Shown: piece by piece, positions 1-9,892 of the stretch | Position numbering within the stretch: the stretch's first letter is position 1 | Layout: every line of letters starts with the position of its first letter | Source: a virus | DNA length: 36,322 bases | Direction: 5' to 3' (one strand) | Virus record (IMG/VR): IMGVR_UViG_3300044796_000141 | Coordinates: 1-36,322 of that record | The notes under the pieces: generated by a model | Told to the model about the DNA's origin: nothing | The model's database searches: none | The model's input: the letters and a program-made list of their open reading frames with translations, nothing else | Position numbers and translations under genes: made by a program

Positions 1-725
1 CATCCATCTTTACCTTCTGTTACGATTAATTTTTTAATATCGTGTGGATTTTGACACTCTTGAAATTCTTTTTTATTTATTTTAATATAACAGTCTTCAA
101 TATTTTTCCAGATAGACAAATCTTTTTTCTTTGTGTCGATAAAAACAGGAACTTTTACGCATTCTAAGTTTCGTATTAGCTCTTCATCAATGGTTCCTTT
201 ATTATAATCACTCACAATAATTGCATGAAAAGGTTCTTCTTTTCTTGTCATTAAATTTCTATAAATGCATCTTTTTCTATATCTCTCTAAATCTTTTTCA
301 TCATATAGTTTTCTATTATCGACTCTTGCCAATTGTTTATTATTATAAATATTCATCAATCTTGTTTTTAATAATTCTCTAGGATGAGGACTGCGAAAAT
401 CTTGTTGAGTTAAAACAACATCATCGATATGAATTTTATTCATGCTCAAATTTCTTCCTGAAAATAAAGAAATTATAGAAGAAAAATAAACTTGTATTGT
501 TTTGTTTGTGCCGAGCAAGGCTTTGACGTTGAGTGCAACATTTGCTGCACCGCCAAGTCTATATTCATCTTTTAAATAATCTAAAACAGAGATTGAAGGG
601 TCTTCGGGAGATGTTCTATTGACTTCACCCCAAGTGTATTTGTCGATAAAGGTATCGCCAATAATTAAAATTCGTGAAGTTTTGAAACTTCTTCCGTCAT
701 ATCCATTTTTATCTTTCTTTACCAT
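1..725 (-). CDS. PfkB-family sugar kinase, HldE/RfaE domain I-like (heptose-7-phosphate kinase); runs off the left edge
   Basis: Not in the ORF track. Manual translation from ATG 725 gives MVKKDKNG...ILIIGDTFIDKYTWGEVNRTSPEDP...RLGGAANVALNVKAL...IIVSDYNKG...VFIDTK...LIVTEGKDG, the standard RfaE-I motifs. Confidence 0.9.
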   Translation of the reverse strand, partial: MVKKDKNGYDGRSFKTSRILIIGDTFIDKYTWGEVNRTSPEDPSISVLDYLKDEYRLGGAANVALNVKALLGTNKTIQVYFSSIISLFSGRNLSMNKIHIDDVVLTQQDFRSPHPRELLKTRLMNIYNNKQLARVDNRKLYDEKDLERYRKRCIYRNLMTRKEEPFHAIIVSDYNKGTIDEELIRNLECVKVPVFIDTKKKDLSIWKNIEDCYIKINKKEFQECQNPHDIKKLIVTEGKDG

Positions 726-732
726 ACATAAT

Positions 733-1185
733 TCATTTTGAATGTTTTTTTAGAATTCTTTCTTCAATTTCAGTTGTAGAATGATTATAATCATATTTTG
801 GCATTATATCCACGACAGGAACAATATCACTTCCTACTATTCCTTTTCCAAGCCAATCATAACCTTTAATAAGTACATGTGGTTTATGTTTAATTATTAA
901 TTGCTTAAGTTCTTCATTTGTATTAAATGGGCAAATTAAATCAACTAACCATTCACCGCGCCCATACTCATTATCTATTGTTTCACTACCTAATACATTT
1001 GCTCTTTCACTGTATGAAAAGATAGGTCTATATTCTCCTTTGTCTTTTCTTATTTTTTCATCTGTGTCTAATCCGACAATTACTTTTCCGCCTTTGCCTG
1101 CTAACTGTCTACATCTTAATAATATTTTGTAATGAACAGCAGTGAATACATCGAAACAGCCGTTGGTAAAAACAATAAGGCCCAT
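733..1185 (-). CDS. HldE/RfaE domain II-like nucleotidyltransferase (cytidylyltransferase fold)
   Basis: IVFTNGCFDVF..H, VIVGLDTD, KGEYRPI...ERA, IKGYDW and STTEIEERI motifs. Confidence 0.9.
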   Translation of the reverse strand: MGLIVFTNGCFDVFTAVHYKILLRCRQLAGKGGKVIVGLDTDEKIRKDKGEYRPIFSYSERANVLGSETIDNEYGRGEWLVDLICPFNTNEELKQLIIKHKPHVLIKGYDWLGKGIVGSDIVPVVDIMPKYDYNHSTTEIEERILKKHSK

Positions 1186-1192
1186 GATTCAA

Positions 1193-1221
1193 ATTATAAA
1201 TCATAGGTAAAAATAAGTAAA
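1193..1221 (-). promoter_or_regulatory. sigma70-type promoter TTTACT-N17-TATAAT, probably giving a leaderless mRNA
   Basis: -35 at 1221-1216 and -10 at 1198-1193, only 7 nt before ATG 1185. Confidence 0.6.
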
Positions 1222-1263
1222 GAATTATTTCCTCACTAGTGCTCTAGCGTACTCTTATTTCTT

Positions 1264-1771
1264 CTACATGTTGCCTCTTTCCCTTTTCAAGTAATCTACA
1301 GCTTTAATTAAAAGTTCAAGATTGTCATCAAAATATCCTAAACCTCTATTATGCTTGTCACAAAGTAAACCACGAACAAGACCGAGTTTGATGATTGTGG
1401 TCAATACATAAGCCTTTTGTTCCTGCATTTATTTCATCAATTCCACAAATTGCACATTTATAATTTTGCTGTGAACATAATTCATTTCTTTTTTCAATAG
1501 TAATGTTATATTTTTTTATAAGTTTATGTTCTTTTAATTTTAATTTAGTATCTAAATTATTTCTATAATTTTGAATTTTTTCTATATTATTTTTATAATA
1601 TATTTGTTTAATTTGCTTGTTTCGTTCTTTAATTTCTGGTTTTTGTTGGTGGTATTTTTTGCAATTTTTGCATTGCGAACTTAAACCATCCAAAAGATGA
1701 TTATCTTTATGAAAATTTTTAATTGATTGAGGATTTATTTCTTTACAATTTTTATTTGAGCAATTTTTCAT
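1264..1771 (-). CDS. Endonuclease VII-like homing endonuclease, about 168 aa, with one CGGN +1 recoding site at 1384-1381
   Basis: MKNCSNKNC...CAICG...GLCIDHNHQT-[C]GGT-LVRGLLCDKHNRGLGYFDDNLELLIKAVDYL*. Matches the intact paralog at 25980-26576 (DHNHETGQIRGLLC). Confidence 0.85.
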
Positions 1772-2645
1772 ATTGTCCATTAAATTGAGGTAAAGCCTCC
1801 CAATCATGTTTGTCCCTAACCAGTAAATTTTTAGTCCAAACACTTTCCAATACAATTGGGTCTATGTCAATAGATTTTGCGTAGCTTATTAAACCATTAA
1901 TATCTTTAGGAAGACAAGAAAGACTAAAGCCTTTTTGTCCGTCTTCACCTGGAACTCTGGTTCCATATGGAGTAATTCTACTATCATGTAAAACTAAATC
2001 TTTTACTTCATTATAATCAATACCAGCTCTTTCGCAAATTTCAAATACTTCATTAAAATACGAAATTTTAGTCGCGAGAAAACAATTTATAGTATATTTG
2101 CTCATTTCTGAAATTTTTGCCATCGTGTTTATGATTATAGCAGGAACTTGATGATATGTCCTTTGATGCTCTGTGAATTTTTTATAAAATTTATTAACAG
2201 TATTAAAGGTGTGTAAGCTGAAATTTTTATTAAATCCTTCTGACCAACCTAAAATTACTCTATTTTGATTTTGAAAATCTTCTATGAATGTTTTTTCTTT
2301 TAAAAACTCTGGATTATGCAAAAAAACATGGTTAGGATATAGTTCTTGGAGCTTGTCGGTAGTTCCGGGCGGTACTGTACTCTTGATAATGATAATTTTA
2401 GATTTCTCGGACTGCTCATTTATCTCTTTGCAAACATTTTCTATGATTGAAATGTCGCATTCTTGCGTTTCAAAGTTTGTCGGAGTTGGCAAACACAAAA
2501 ATAATATTTTACTATGTTCTAAAACGGCTTCTAAACTTTCAGTGTTCTTATATTTATCGTAAATTTTAATGTTAGCTATAGATTGAAAGCCTATTTCGCA
2601 CGCGCTGCCAACAAATCCTGCGCCTATAATTCCTATTTTATCCAT
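1752..2645 (-). CDS. UDP-glucose/GDP-mannose dehydrogenase family protein (short form)
   Basis: GIIGAGFVG, CLPTP, IKSTVPPGTT, NPEFL and CLPKD motifs. Confidence 0.92.
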   Translation of the reverse strand: MDKIGIIGAGFVGSACEIGFQSIANIKIYDKYKNTESLEAVLEHSKILFLCLPTPTNFETQECDISIIENVCKEINEQSEKSKIIIIKSTVPPGTTDKLQELYPNHVFLHNPEFLKEKTFIEDFQNQNRVILGWSEGFNKNFSLHTFNTVNKFYKKFTEHQRTYHQVPAIIINTMAKISEMSKYTINCFLATKISYFNEVFEICERAGIDYNEVKDLVLHDSRITPYGTRVPGEDGQKGFSLSCLPKDINGLISYAKSIDIDPIVLESVWTKNLLVRDKHDWEALPQFNGQYEKLLK

Positions 2646-3396
2646 TGTTTTTCCATAAGGGATGAGTTTTAACTATATCAGGATGACTCCCTGTATATAA
2701 ATAAATTTTATGTTTTAGGTCTGAAATTTTTCCATTTTGGTCTACTTTCCAACCATAATCAAATTCGTCGCCAAGTCCTCTATTCATCCACCAATCTCTT
2801 TTAAGATTGAAACGCTCTATAGATTTTAAAAAACTATAATGAAAATATTTTACGGTATGTTGATTGATTACATGAGGGTATTGCCAATTTATATTTCCCC
2901 ATTGCATGAAATTATCATTAATAAATTTTGAATTTGAGGTTATTTTAAATAATCTTGGAAAAAATTGAGTGCAATAATGTTCCATATCATTAACAAAAGT
3001 TATTGATTGAAAATATGCTGCTTTAATATCTTGCTTGTCGTAAACAGAGCATAGATTTTTAATTAAATCTAAACTTTGTTTGGTATAAACCTCATCTCCG
3101 TCAATGATTAGTAACCAATCGCACCCGAGCGCGCGTAGCTTGTTTAATCCAATATTGCGTTGGTCTTTGTCTGATTGTTCGTTTGCTTGAATTGCATCTA
3201 CTTTAGGATGTCCTAAATATTTTTCTATTATAGAAAGAGTACCATCAGTTGAACGCGGAGATTTACCTAGAGCTATTGTTTCTTGATAAGCGCCTTCAAC
3301 AATTACAACATTATCTACATACGGAAGATAACTTTGGATAGAATAGTCCAAAAAGTCGCATTCGTTATAGACCGTGCAAAGAACCCCTAATTTCAA
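2638..3396 (-). CDS. GT2-like glycosyltransferase
   Basis: TVYNE, DNVVIVEG, QRNIGL...DWLLIIDGDE, HYS. Confidence 0.85.
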   Translation of the reverse strand: MKLGVLCTVYNECDFLDYSIQSYLPYVDNVVIVEGAYQETIALGKSPRSTDGTLSIIEKYLGHPKVDAIQANEQSDKDQRNIGLNKLRALGCDWLLIIDGDEVYTKQSLDLIKNLCSVYDKQDIKAAYFQSITFVNDMEHYCTQFFPRLFKITSNSKFINDNFMQWGNINWQYPHVINQHTVKYFHYSFLKSIERFNLKRDWWMNRGLGDEFDYGWKVDQNGKISDLKHKIYLYTGSHPDIVKTHPLWKNNG

Positions 3397-3410
3397 AGGA
3401 ACCTTCTTTC

Positions 3411-3629
3411 TTAGTAGCGGGTGGTGCTACCAGCGTAATTGCCGGTATTGGCTTCTTTTTGAATCTTGTGCAAGCTGGTAAGAACCTTGATAAGCTCTTC
3501 ATTTATCTTAGCACATGAAGCTACTACGCTTGTATTTTCTTGGCTTAGACGAGCAACGGCAGTTTGCATGCCGGCCATTTGTCTTTCCAAACTTTCTACT
3601 TTTGATGTTAATTCTGCTAGTGTTGCCAT
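3411..3629 (-). CDS. small coiled-coil hypothetical protein
   Basis: Heptad-like sequence with an AGGAG RBS upstream. Confidence 0.7.
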   Translation of the reverse strand: MATLAELTSKVESLERQMAGMQTAVARLSQENTSVVASCAKINEELIKVLTSLHKIQKEANTGNYAGSTTRY

Positions 3630-3650
3630 TTGTAATTTATCTCCTATATA

Positions 3651-4661
3651 TTACTTACCATATTTTTTAATAAAGTAAGGCTTTATCTTTTCTATTCCTT
3701 GTTCCAATGTCAAACTTGGTTGCCATTTTAAAAGGGTTTTTGCTAATGTATTGTCTGCTAATGTAATATTAGATTCTGCCGGTCTAGGGTCAATATGAGT
3801 TATAAATGCTTCTTTTGCATAATTATGTTTATGAAGACTTTCAATTATAAGTTTTGCTATTTCATTTACTGAATGATTTTTGCCTGTACCTATATTGATA
3901 GTTAAATTATTGATTGTTTCATATTTACTGTCATTTTCTAGTATTTTCATGGCTTTATAGTTGGCATCTACAACATCTTCTACGTAGGTATTATCTCTTC
4001 TTTGTTCACCCGCACCAACAACCGTCAATTCTGCTGTCGTAAGAGCTTGTCTAAAAAATAATCCAATAACAGGAGAGTATTTTCCAAGCATTGGACTCTT
4101 TTCACCGTACACGTTAAAGTACTTTAATGACACATTTCTTATGCCGTAACAATGTCCAAACGACTTACAGATTAATTCTGCCGCCGCTTTAGATGCTGCG
4201 TATGGATTTAGTGTATCGAAGCCTTGAGTTTCAACGTTTGGAATGGGATTTTTGAGTCCGTAAGAGCTAGAAGAGGCTGAATAAACTATATTAACAATTC
4301 CAAATTTCTTCATCATTGATAAAATATTTAAAGTTCCATTCATATTAATTTCAAATGTTCTTAATGGATGTTTTATACTTGGCTGAATACGAGCTTGAGC
4401 CGCCAAATGAAATACTCCGTCTATATTTCTAAAATAGGCGTTCTTTCTCCATAGGTCTCTCTCTTTCGTAATATCTACGTTTATGAAAGTGTATTTGCCT
4501 TCATGTACTCTCTTTGTATCTTTGATAATAGTTTGTGCTTTAGTACCCTTATTCGCACTGAAGTCGTCTATACCTACAACTTCATGACCTTCTTCTAGTA
4601 ATCTCAACACTACCGAAGAACCAATAAATCCTGCCGCACCTGTTACAATATATCTATTCAC
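3651..4661 (-). CDS. NAD-dependent epimerase/dehydratase (extended SDR)
   Basis: VTGAAGFIG, FHLAA, YAASK, YFNVYG. Confidence 0.95.
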   Translation of the reverse strand: MNRYIVTGAAGFIGSSVVLRLLEEGHEVVGIDDFSANKGTKAQTIIKDTKRVHEGKYTFINVDITKERDLWRKNAYFRNIDGVFHLAAQARIQPSIKHPLRTFEINMNGTLNILSMMKKFGIVNIVYSASSSSYGLKNPIPNVETQGFDTLNPYAASKAAAELICKSFGHCYGIRNVSLKYFNVYGEKSPMLGKYSPVIGLFFRQALTTAELTVVGAGEQRRDNTYVEDVVDANYKAMKILENDSKYETINNLTINIGTGKNHSVNEIAKLIIESLHKHNYAKEAFITHIDPRPAESNITLADNTLAKTLLKWQPSLTLEQGIEKIKPYFIKKYGK

Positions 4662-5020
4662 TATATTTCTCCAAATATTCTGATAATTTTATTAAAATTT
4701 CTTTATTATCTTTTGCGTGTCCTAAAATTAGATTACAATTACTGCAAAGTAAAGCTCTTATTTTATTTGTAGTGTGGTTGTGGTCAACAACCAATCCTTT
4801 AATGCCGAAGTTCATTGATGTGTCTTTCGCAAACTTTACATTTATGCTGTTGGTCTTCAAACATTTTATTATAGCTTTCAAAATCAAGATTATAGCTTCT
4901 TAAAAGATTTGTTTTCTTTCTTTTAAGTTTATTTTTCTTTGCATATATTTTGTCATATTCTATGCGTTCCTTGATATGGGCAGCTCTATATTTCTTTTGA
5001 TATTCTTTTACATTAAACAT
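4654..5020 (-). CDS. Endonuclease VII-like homing endonuclease, about 121 aa, with one CGGN +1 recoding site at 4807-4804
   Basis: Joins track ORFs 4799-5020 and 4654-4887: CKVCERHINEL-[C]GGC-IKGLVVDHNHTTNKIRALLCSNCNLILG. Confidence 0.85.
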
Positions 5021-5021
5021 A

Positions 5022-5825
5022 TTATTCGTTTAAAAATTCAATATTGTTATCGTTATATATATTTTTTATAAAGTACGGATGGTCTTGCATAATCTTTGGA
5101 TGTTTTCCAATAAAATCAAAAATTTTGCAATCTTTTGGTATTGAATACTTTCCTTGTTCTTCTTTATATTCACCATTATCTACATAACGAGACCAAAAAG
5201 TTGGGTCTTGAAAATTTTGGTATTTTAGTTTAGTCCAAAAAGCTTTAGTGTTCAGTTTAACGTAATTGTAATGATAAAAAGAATTTAATGGTATTTGTAA
5301 CATTGTATTTTTATTATCTTCCCACACTACGTCATTGTCCATTACAAATTTAGATTGCGCTGTTACTCTAAAAATACGTTTATATTGTCCATTATACCAT
5401 TTTTTGTAGCTGTTTATAAAGTTATAACTATTAAGTTTATATCCGCAAATATCATTTGGGGTAATACTTAAAGTATTTTTGATTTTTTTAAATGCGGAAG
5501 GTAAATAAATTTCATCCGCATCAAGAAAATGAACCCAATCTGCCTTATCTTCTCTGGCCAATTGCATTCCAACATTTCTTTGGTCTTTTTCTAAAGGCTC
5601 GTTAGCTTGAACTAAAAAAATCTTTTTATTATCTACGAATTTATTGATAATGTCATAGACTATTTGTTCGGAACGAGGTACCGCACCTGAAGATTTCTGA
5701 GCTGATTGCCATGACCCTTCGATAATCCAAAATTTATGGAAGTAATCGCTTGTTTTAACGGTCTGTAATACCTTTTCAAGATACTCAAAATCGTTATATA
5801 CGCATAAAAATCCATCTATTCTCAT
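5022..5825 (-). CDS. GT2-like glycosyltransferase, paralog of 2638-3396
   Basis: CVYND, IIEGSW, QANE..EKDQRNVG, FLDADE. Confidence 0.85.
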   Translation of the reverse strand: MRIDGFLCVYNDFEYLEKVLQTVKTSDYFHKFWIIEGSWQSAQKSSGAVPRSEQIVYDIINKFVDNKKIFLVQANEPLEKDQRNVGMQLAREDKADWVHFLDADEIYLPSAFKKIKNTLSITPNDICGYKLNSYNFINSYKKWYNGQYKRIFRVTAQSKFVMDNDVVWEDNKNTMLQIPLNSFYHYNYVKLNTKAFWTKLKYQNFQDPTFWSRYVDNGEYKEEQGKYSIPKDCKIFDFIGKHPKIMQDHPYFIKNIYNDNNIEFLNE

Positions 5826-6892
5826 TCTTTAATCCATCCAAATGCACGCAAATATCTTCTAATATTTTTTTCACTATATTCAGTGAGCATATAGTCAATA
5901 GGAATACCGATTATTTTGGTCATTTTTTCTTTAATTTCTTTAACGGGGGCCGTTTCCATAATATAATGACCACAAATCTCAGCCGTATAATTTAGGTCAG
6001 GATGCTCGCCGTTTATCATCCATTTAGTCCATTTTTTACTTTCGTAAGCCATCTTAACAAAGTCATCGTGTTCTTTGTGCATCTGAAGTGTTTTTAACCA
6101 CATCAAAAAACATTTAGTTTCTTCTACACTAAATTCTGGTGCAACATTACAGGCATCAAATCCATAACTTCTGTACATTTCTAACGTATTAGAATCTAAA
6201 TAATCACAATTATGAAGCTTAAGTAATTTATTATTTTCTGTAGCTAATTTTTGAATTGATGCAGCAAAAGACATATTAGCCTTGCCTACATTACATCTTT
6301 CTTTTACGTAATTTCCTATATTTCCTACACAAAAAATAACATTTTTTAATTCATTTGAAATAGTTATTAGTTCTTTGTAATCTTCATAAGAACCAATTTC
6401 TTTACTGTGTATTTCGGCTCCTAATTCATAATGAATTTTTGTATTATATTTTTTAGCAACATTTTCACAATAGTCATGAAACATGTATATATCTGAAATT
6501 ATGTCTTTTTTTTCTCTTTTTGTTTGAGCTGGGTCAATATGCAAAAAATCAAATCCTGATTTTATATCTGCGTCGAATGATAACTTGGCTAATTCAACGC
6601 TATCCTTGTAAGATAAATCTTTTTCAATGCCACCATAGACTGAACCGTGGTCTCGTTCGAGAATAATATTTGATTCTTCGCCTTCATTATAAATAATTTG
6701 TCCGAGTTCTTCGGTAGACATTACGTACCCACCGCCAAGTTCTTTTGCTTCTACTTGTCTTCTGCTGGGAATAAGAAGAATAGGTATATCATAGTGTTTT
6801 GCTAAATTGATTGTAGCTTGTACGGTTGGACGACTTACTGCACCAACTCCTAATAAGGTTTTTCCTTTGCGTAATTCGTGTATATTAATCAT
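5822..6892 (-). CDS. GatZ/KbaZ-like (tagatose aldolase/epimerase) TIM-barrel protein
   Basis: LLIPSRRQV...GGY, LERDHG, GFDFLHIDP, YELGAE, HNCDYL, NVAPEF. Start set at ATG 6892, which follows GGAG. Confidence 0.65.
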   Translation of the reverse strand: MINIHELRKGKTLLGVGAVSRPTVQATINLAKHYDIPILLIPSRRQVEAKELGGGYVMSTEELGQIIYNEGEESNIILERDHGSVYGGIEKDLSYKDSVELAKLSFDADIKSGFDFLHIDPAQTKREKKDIISDIYMFHDYCENVAKKYNTKIHYELGAEIHSKEIGSYEDYKELITISNELKNVIFCVGNIGNYVKERCNVGKANMSFAASIQKLATENNKLLKLHNCDYLDSNTLEMYRSYGFDACNVAPEFSVEETKCFLMWLKTLQMHKEHDDFVKMAYESKKWTKWMINGEHPDLNYTAEICGHYIMETAPVKEIKEKMTKIIGIPIDYMLTEYSEKNIRRYLRAFGWIKE

Positions 6893-7380
6893 AAGTCTCC
6901 AAAACACCCTAACTTAAATTTTTCATCTATCATTAAACAAGCCTTAGCAACGCATCTATCTCCGCCATTTCTGGGTATAGTAGCTTTAGCTTTGACTTTT
7001 ACCTCTTCAAGAGAGTCTTGTGGACACAATGAGAAGCTTGCTTTATTTAAAACAAACCCATCAAAAATACCATCAGCAATATAAACGATAGTTTCTGTAG
7101 GAAAATTCGCTTTAATCCAATCCCATCTTTTTTTACCTTCGTGCGAAACGTTATGTAATTCAAATCCCATATCACTTATGACTCTTTTTTGCGTAATGGG
7201 AAATCCTCTAGTGTCCGCACTGATAAAAACAACCTCTACCTTTTCGTCGAGTCTGAGAAGCGCGTCTTTGTCGTCTGCACTAAAGGCTTTCATAACCTTG
7301 CCCTTTTCCGTATAAAACATTTGCGGACTTGCTAAGGTTCCATCTACATCAAAAATTGCGACTATTTCATTGTTTGCCAT
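6889..7380 (-). CDS. KdsC-like HAD phosphatase
   Basis: FDVDGTL, G..MKAFS..D, YIADGIFD, GGDRCV. Confidence 0.85.
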   Translation of the reverse strand: MANNEIVAIFDVDGTLASPQMFYTEKGKVMKAFSADDKDALLRLDEKVEVVFISADTRGFPITQKRVISDMGFELHNVSHEGKKRWDWIKANFPTETIVYIADGIFDGFVLNKASFSLCPQDSLEEVKVKAKATIPRNGGDRCVAKACLMIDEKFKLGCFGDL

Positions 7381-8936
7381 AAAATATCCTTTCCTAAATA
7401 AAACAAAAGCGTGTTTAAGGGAGCTTCATGTAGTGGTGCCATATTTAATAGCACAATTGCTGCTAATTGTTCAACTTTTTTTCTGTCGTAGTTGTTTTCT
7501 TCTAAAAATTTATAAAATATTTCTTTGCATTTTATATAACTTTCGGTTGTTTCTATACCATAATGAATTGCGTTTCCTTCTGTAGATATATTATATTTGC
7601 CTTGCTTGACTAAATCATGTGGAAATAAAAGTCCAGATAGCATCTTGGCCAAATCATAATACGTATCTCCGTATTCTATTATTCCGCCAAAGTCCTGACG
7701 CCAATCAATTAGTTTAAAAGTGTTTTCTTTTGTCAATAATATATTTGAGAAATTAAAATCTCCGTGCATTAATGAAGGTCTTCCGCTTAATATTTTAGAC
7801 CAATTCAAAACCGATAATAAATCTTTTGTTTTTGGTATTCTTTCACCATTAATTGCATAGTCTGAATCTTGAAAATTAAACTTTGTATAAAATTGGTCTA
7901 ATCTGTCTTTTGTTTTTCTATAATAAAAATCTACACAAGCCTGTTGAAATTTTGAATGCTCTTCTGGATTTAATGATTTTTCTGTCCATAAATTTTTGTT
8001 ATAATAATCTAACAAATCTTTAAAAACAATTTCAGGATTTGGAATTGAAAATAAATCTATACCTTCAATATATTCATATGAATAAAAATTGTCTGAATAA
8101 CTTATAATTTTAGGTACCAAATCTCCTAATATTTTTGTTCTTTTAACTCTATTATTGCAAATTTTTGAATTATTAAAATATTTTACTACTTTATTATCAA
8201 AGAAATATATCTCTTCATCTATCTTATTAAGATTTTCAATCTTACTTGGATATTTCTTTTGTGTTTCTTTTAATTTATCTAAGTCTCCTATATCGCACCA
8301 ATTTAATTCTTCGGCAGCAATATCTAAATTATTCATTAATAGACCATAAAAGCCGGAACTAACCATTAATTGTCCATCAATAATAATTGGATTATTTTTT
8401 AAAAAGTTTTTAAAGACTTCATAATCTTTTATAAAAGCGCAACCAATATATGCATTCCCTGTATAATTGTTTCCTTTTTCATAAAAGCTTGTAATGTGAT
8501 TATATCTTTTGCCCAATTTGTATTGAACGGAAGAATATTCATTATCTTCACTTTTTCTTTCGGCGTAACCAATCCAATTCCAATTTCCAAACGGACTACT
8601 AAAAGGTAAAGATGATAATATTAATGTATCTGCGCACCAAATATAGAAAGGGCCATCTATAAGGTCATATGCGCTCATTAAAGCGCCGCCAGGACCATTC
8701 ATTGTGTTTTGCTCTACGAAGGTTGCCTTGATATTTGGATGGCAAATTTTAACATATTGCTTAACTAAATCACTTAAATAGCCAACAATAAAAATAAATT
8801 CGGTATCTTCTGGAAAGTATTCAACGATATGAGATATAGCGCCCTTATCTCCTACTTTAATCATACCCTTATTAAAAAATTGAGCGTAATTTCCAAGACG
8901 TGTACCTTTTCCTGCGGCTAAAATGATTGCTTTCAA
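7362..8936 (-). CDS. sugar-phosphate nucleotidyltransferase fused to an APH/choline-kinase-like phosphotransferase
   Basis: N-terminal AIILAAGKGTRL...K and WCDIG; C-terminal HGDFNFSNIL, LIDWR, YYDLAK. Confidence 0.85.
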   Translation of the reverse strand: MKAIILAAGKGTRLGNYAQFFNKGMIKVGDKGAISHIVEYFPEDTEFIFIVGYLSDLVKQYVKICHPNIKATFVEQNTMNGPGGALMSAYDLIDGPFYIWCADTLILSSLPFSSPFGNWNWIGYAERKSEDNEYSSVQYKLGKRYNHITSFYEKGNNYTGNAYIGCAFIKDYEVFKNFLKNNPIIIDGQLMVSSGFYGLLMNNLDIAAEELNWCDIGDLDKLKETQKKYPSKIENLNKIDEEIYFFDNKVVKYFNNSKICNNRVKRTKILGDLVPKIISYSDNFYSYEYIEGIDLFSIPNPEIVFKDLLDYYNKNLWTEKSLNPEEHSKFQQACVDFYYRKTKDRLDQFYTKFNFQDSDYAINGERIPKTKDLLSVLNWSKILSGRPSLMHGDFNFSNILLTKENTFKLIDWRQDFGGIIEYGDTYYDLAKMLSGLLFPHDLVKQGKYNISTEGNAIHYGIETTESYIKCKEIFYKFLEENNYDRKKVEQLAAIVLLNMAPLHEAPLNTLLFYLGKDILWQTMK

Positions 8937-9892
8937 GTGTAATGCTCCATGATTTTCTTACTTGCTTGAAGTAAAAAGATTCCGTCATTAGAATATATTT
9001 TTTGATGTATTAGTTCAGGAGTTGTATTAAAACATTTTGCTAAATATTTTTTAACATTCGGTGAACCATAATGAATAATGTAATTTTGTCCCCACGGAAT
9101 ATCATATCCATCTCTATCTTCTGCGTATCCTTCGCCTTCAAGTCCAACAGTTCTAAAGTTATGCAATAATGGCCAAATTGAATTTAAAAATTCTGACAAA
9201 AGCATAAATTTACACCAGCTTTGACCTGCCGGATATTTATCTTTTGGACCCATTCCTTCGTCAGGATATGCTAAATATTTATCTAATTTTTCTTTCAATT
9301 GTCTAAATAAAATTATATCAATTTTTTCTAAATTTTTAAAATAATTCAAATTAAATAAACCAGAAGTTTTTAAACAATCTTGTGTATATAAGACTCTTTC
9401 CATGTCTGAGTATTTAAAAATCAATATATTTTTTTGTAATACTTCTAGACACGCTTTTAGAAAGGGCGTTCCACTGCAATCTTTATATGGTTGATGAATT
9501 GAGGAAACTCTTCCTATTTGATACTGTCTAATATGTGCAGTGTCTATAACGTGTTCATGAAAGTTAGATTTTGTTCTATCTATAAAAGCTTTTAGCCAAT
9601 TATCTTTATAAACCAAACAGTCTTCATGACAAAAGAAAAAATAATCGTATGTATCAATATATTGTTTTGATATAAATTCAAAAGTTGATTCCGCTCTATC
9701 ATTTTCGCATTTAATTACATTGTATTTTTCTGATAATGTGGCGAGCAAATCTAAATGTTTTTTATCATCGCTTGAATTGTCTGCTATGATTAAATCATAA
9801 GGAAACCCGGCATCAAATTTTTCCATTGATTTTATCAAACTTATAAGGAGAGTTGGATTATTTCTAGTTGCTATTACTACTAAAGTCTTCAT
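8933..9892 (-). CDS. putative GT-A fold glycosyltransferase
   Basis: VVIATRN, IIADNSSDD, YFFFCHED. Confidence 0.6.
   Translation of the reverse strand: MKTLVVIATRNNPTLLISLIKSMEKFDAGFPYDLIIADNSSDDKKHLDLLATLSEKYNVIKCENDRAESTFEFISKQYIDTYDYFFFCHEDCLVYKDNWLKAFIDRTKSNFHEHVIDTAHIRQYQIGRVSSIHQPYKDCSGTPFLKACLEVLQKNILIFKYSDMERVLYTQDCLKTSGLFNLNYFKNLEKIDIILFRQLKEKLDKYLAYPDEGMGPKDKYPAGQSWCKFMLLSEFLNSIWPLLHNFRTVGLEGEGYAEDRDGYDIPWGQNYIIHYGSPNVKKYLAKCFNTTPELIHQKIYSNDGIFLLQASKKIMEHYT

Noticed and set aside
1772-1855. N-terminal extension of track ORF 1358-1855
   Set aside because: It overlaps the dehydrogenase gene, and the paralog at 26576 starts at MKNCS, which supports ATG 1771.
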